Below, piece after piece: positions 61,281-64,000 of a stretch of DNA of 64,000 nt. The notes below the pieces were generated by a model, which saw only the letters and a program-made list of their open reading frames with translations, did not search any database and was not told the DNA's origin. The stretch is from Eledone cirrhosa (Eukaryota), in the NCBI GenBank assembly GCA_964016885.1, contig OZ024741.1, forward strand, positions 38,254,001-38,318,000, in the 5' to 3' direction. The translations under genes and the position numbers were made by a program. The stretch's first letter is position 1, and every line of letters begins with the position of its first letter.

Positions 61281-63534
61281 CAAACAAATATGCCTATATA
61301 CATACTTACATTTAATTAGCGGTTGCACTAAGAAAGTGTTTAAGCATAATAGAGGTGCATATGAAAATATATATAAACATATACGTTTATATATAATAAA
61401 CATATGGGTAGCCACTCTATCGAAGAAAAATATATTTCTATTTTCCTCTGTGAATATATCACAAAAGTTTCAGTAAGTTTCCCCATAAACATTTTTTTTT
61501 TCGTTCTACCTTGTTTTTGCTCGTTTTTTTTCCGTTGTCTTCTCTTTGTTAATTATTCTAATCTTATTATTATTAATCTGTGACGAACGTGTTCACCCCT
61601 ACCCCGTCATTAATTTTAACGGATTACTATTTTTAACACGATTTTCTTTCTTCTTGACAGTTAGTTTGACTCATTTCGTTTTCCTTTTTTCACTTCCTCT
61701 TTTTAGTCTCACGAAACTATCATTGCTATAAAACACACAATACCTTCTTCTAGTCACTACAGGAAATCCCATGTGTACCTGTTATGGCTTAATTGCTGTA
61801 AGTTGTTATTTTGCCCACGGGCAGCATTTTAGCTTGTTTGTCAGACGCTGACCCGAGATGGACCAGCAGTACCGTTGGAAGGAGTCGAAACTGCCTTAGT
61901 TCATCTCAACGGGTGAAAACCTTGGAGTCCTGTGTCATTCGTTTGTGTTTTTTTACCATTGTTTCATATTTTCAACAAAAAAAAAAAAATATATTTTTAA
62001 AGGTTTCTTCTTGAAGAATTTTTTTTCGTCCTACCTTGTTTTCGTTCCTCTTATTTTTCGTCGTCTCGTCTTTGTTGATTATCCTAATTTTATATATGTA
62101 AATAAGACCGTTATTGCTCCAACCAGTCTACTAACCCTCAGCAAACACCCTAAACTGAACGCTAACTTATACCCATGACTCTTGCCAAACAAACAGTACA
62201 CACCCTCCAAAGTAGTCAGATCATACGTGGACCAGCCATTCTCCCAAACTCTGCTTACGTAACCAGACCACAATAGCCACCTAATGGGGAAGACAGACGT
62301 TATTAGGCTATGTATAATTTATTAAGGTAGAGTTAGTCACTTGTTACGTTGGAGATTCTCTTGTGTATTACAGTACTGAATTTACTAGGTTTTAATAAAT
62401 TCTTAATCCCTACTATATTGATTACTCGTTCTGGCGTTCATCTATACTAAGCCTGCATACATGCCTACAAGAGAATCACATTTTTTAAAGCACATCACAA
62501 TGATACGTATCCACCAGATTACATCAACCAGTCGACCAGCGAAGATCTAAATAGATACTTTCAAAGGCTCGTCCAGCACCATATATGCGTAACAGCGTAA
62601 CTCAACGCATTCATACACATGAATAAAACGGCTTCACGCTCTCTGAACCTGAATAAAAAAAAAGAGGAAAGAAAAAATCTGGTAACGCTGTTATAGCAAC
62701 CTGATCTTGTACCGAATAGAAGGAAATAAATATCGATTCTTGTATAAGTAAGGAATTAGAGATTTACTAGGGATAAAGTAATATTCATTGCTGTGATCAT
62801 ACATATCTTGGTGACATAACTCAGAGAATTTCTAAGTATGAACAGAAGCCTTGCCATACGATTAAGTCAAAGAACATTATCTCCCTTTCCCAATTTTTGT
62901 TTAAGCTGGAATTTCCCAAACATTATTTGAACTGCCACCTCTTTTTAGGGAATATATATCATCAGCACCCCCGCCTCAATGTAATGTTGATCAATATATA
63001 TAAATTGAATATTAAATTTTAATGTATTAACAAAAATCTTAAAGCATTTATTAAATAAATTAATAAACATTGTTGTCTCTGATCGAGACGAAGCGAATGT
63101 GTATTTGAATTCATATAAACATGAGAAAATTCATCGCTAGAACAGCCGTTAAAACAGCTAAATTCTGTTAAAGGCAACGATAGGCAAAGATAACCCAGAG
63201 GACCGAGACCAGTGGCCCATGGTCGACAGAAAGACAATCCAAAAGGCAGGTGACAAACAGATGAAATATAGAAAAGATTGAGAGGGGAGGAGGACAAGGA
63301 GAAGTGTGTTGGAGCACAGAAGTAACTGGAATAAGAAAATAAAGAAATAATTTGTATAACAAAAGGCAGTAGTTTTACAAGCAACTATTAATTCCTATTT
63401 AGGTGGCAAATTGGTAGTCTTTAGGGCATCGGATAGACTGCTTTTCATTTCATATTTTAAGTGTCGATAACTAAACTACCAGACCAGCACTGAGATTGAT
63501 TCTACCACCTTCTGGAAGAAATAGGTTATGTTAA

Positions 63535-63715
63535 TACCTGGAGAGGGATGAGCGCCGCGATGTCACCTCTATGACTTCATTAGAAATTAAGGGATCACTG
63601 ATAGTGACTGAGGTTATGGTATTACCTGGAGAGGGATGAACACCACCAGGTTTAAAATATTCGTGATGTCACCTCTATGATTCCATTAGAAATGAAAGGG
63701 TCACTGACACTGACT
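63535..63715. repeat. Short direct duplication (about 75-90 bp)
   Basis: tacctggagagggatga...gatgtcacctctatga...attagaaat...tcactga occurs twice. Confidence 0.7.
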
Positions 63716-64000
63716 AATTTGAATAGCATTTTCCTTTACTTTATCACACCTCTTTCCCTTGTCGTACACCCCTTACCACACCAGCCTTCAAGTACCCTCA
63801 TTGAGACATTCAACACCCCTAAAGGGAGCAATAGCAGCGTCCACCTTAGGAATTACTAGTTTAACATTTGTTAAAGCATTTATTGAATAACAAAAGGTGG
63901 CAGAAAGATTCTCTATGCTAAATCAAAGAAGCTTAGTTCTAAAGGGGTTGAATGAATTTGATTAACTCAAACTATTATATTCTGGTACCTATTAAAGTAT

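Overview
AT-rich animal DNA, probably intronic or intergenic. The SINE families and (TA)n/(CA)n/(TACA)n load suggest an octopus or other cephalopod (inference). No host protein-coding gene can be supported, and almost all listed ORFs are microsatellite artefacts. The real coding content is mobile. (1) A complete hAT (Charlie/SPIN/GTF2IRD2-like) DNA transposon at 16166-19351 with TIRs and an 8-bp TSD, disrupted by a SINE and a 1-bp frameshift. (2) A 5'-truncated Penelope-like retroelement (RT + GIY-YIG) flanked by inverted pLTRs at 43760-46560. (3) A CR1-group LINE with an uninterrupted APE-RT ORF2 that lacks a start ATG and has slippery heptamers in the ORF1/ORF2 overlap (48552-51865). (4) A decayed Gypsy-type LTR element (about 53991-56150), plus RTE and CRE-clade 3' remnants and many tRNA-derived SINEs. 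The most striking non-coding signal is a dense set of type I hammerhead-ribozyme motifs (CTGAnGA...GAAA...TH) from roughly nine unrelated repeat families. One is a roughly 320-nt head-to-tail tandem monomer that looks like a non-autonomous retrozyme or circRNA template. Many of these repeats are fold-back structures inserted in (TA)n.
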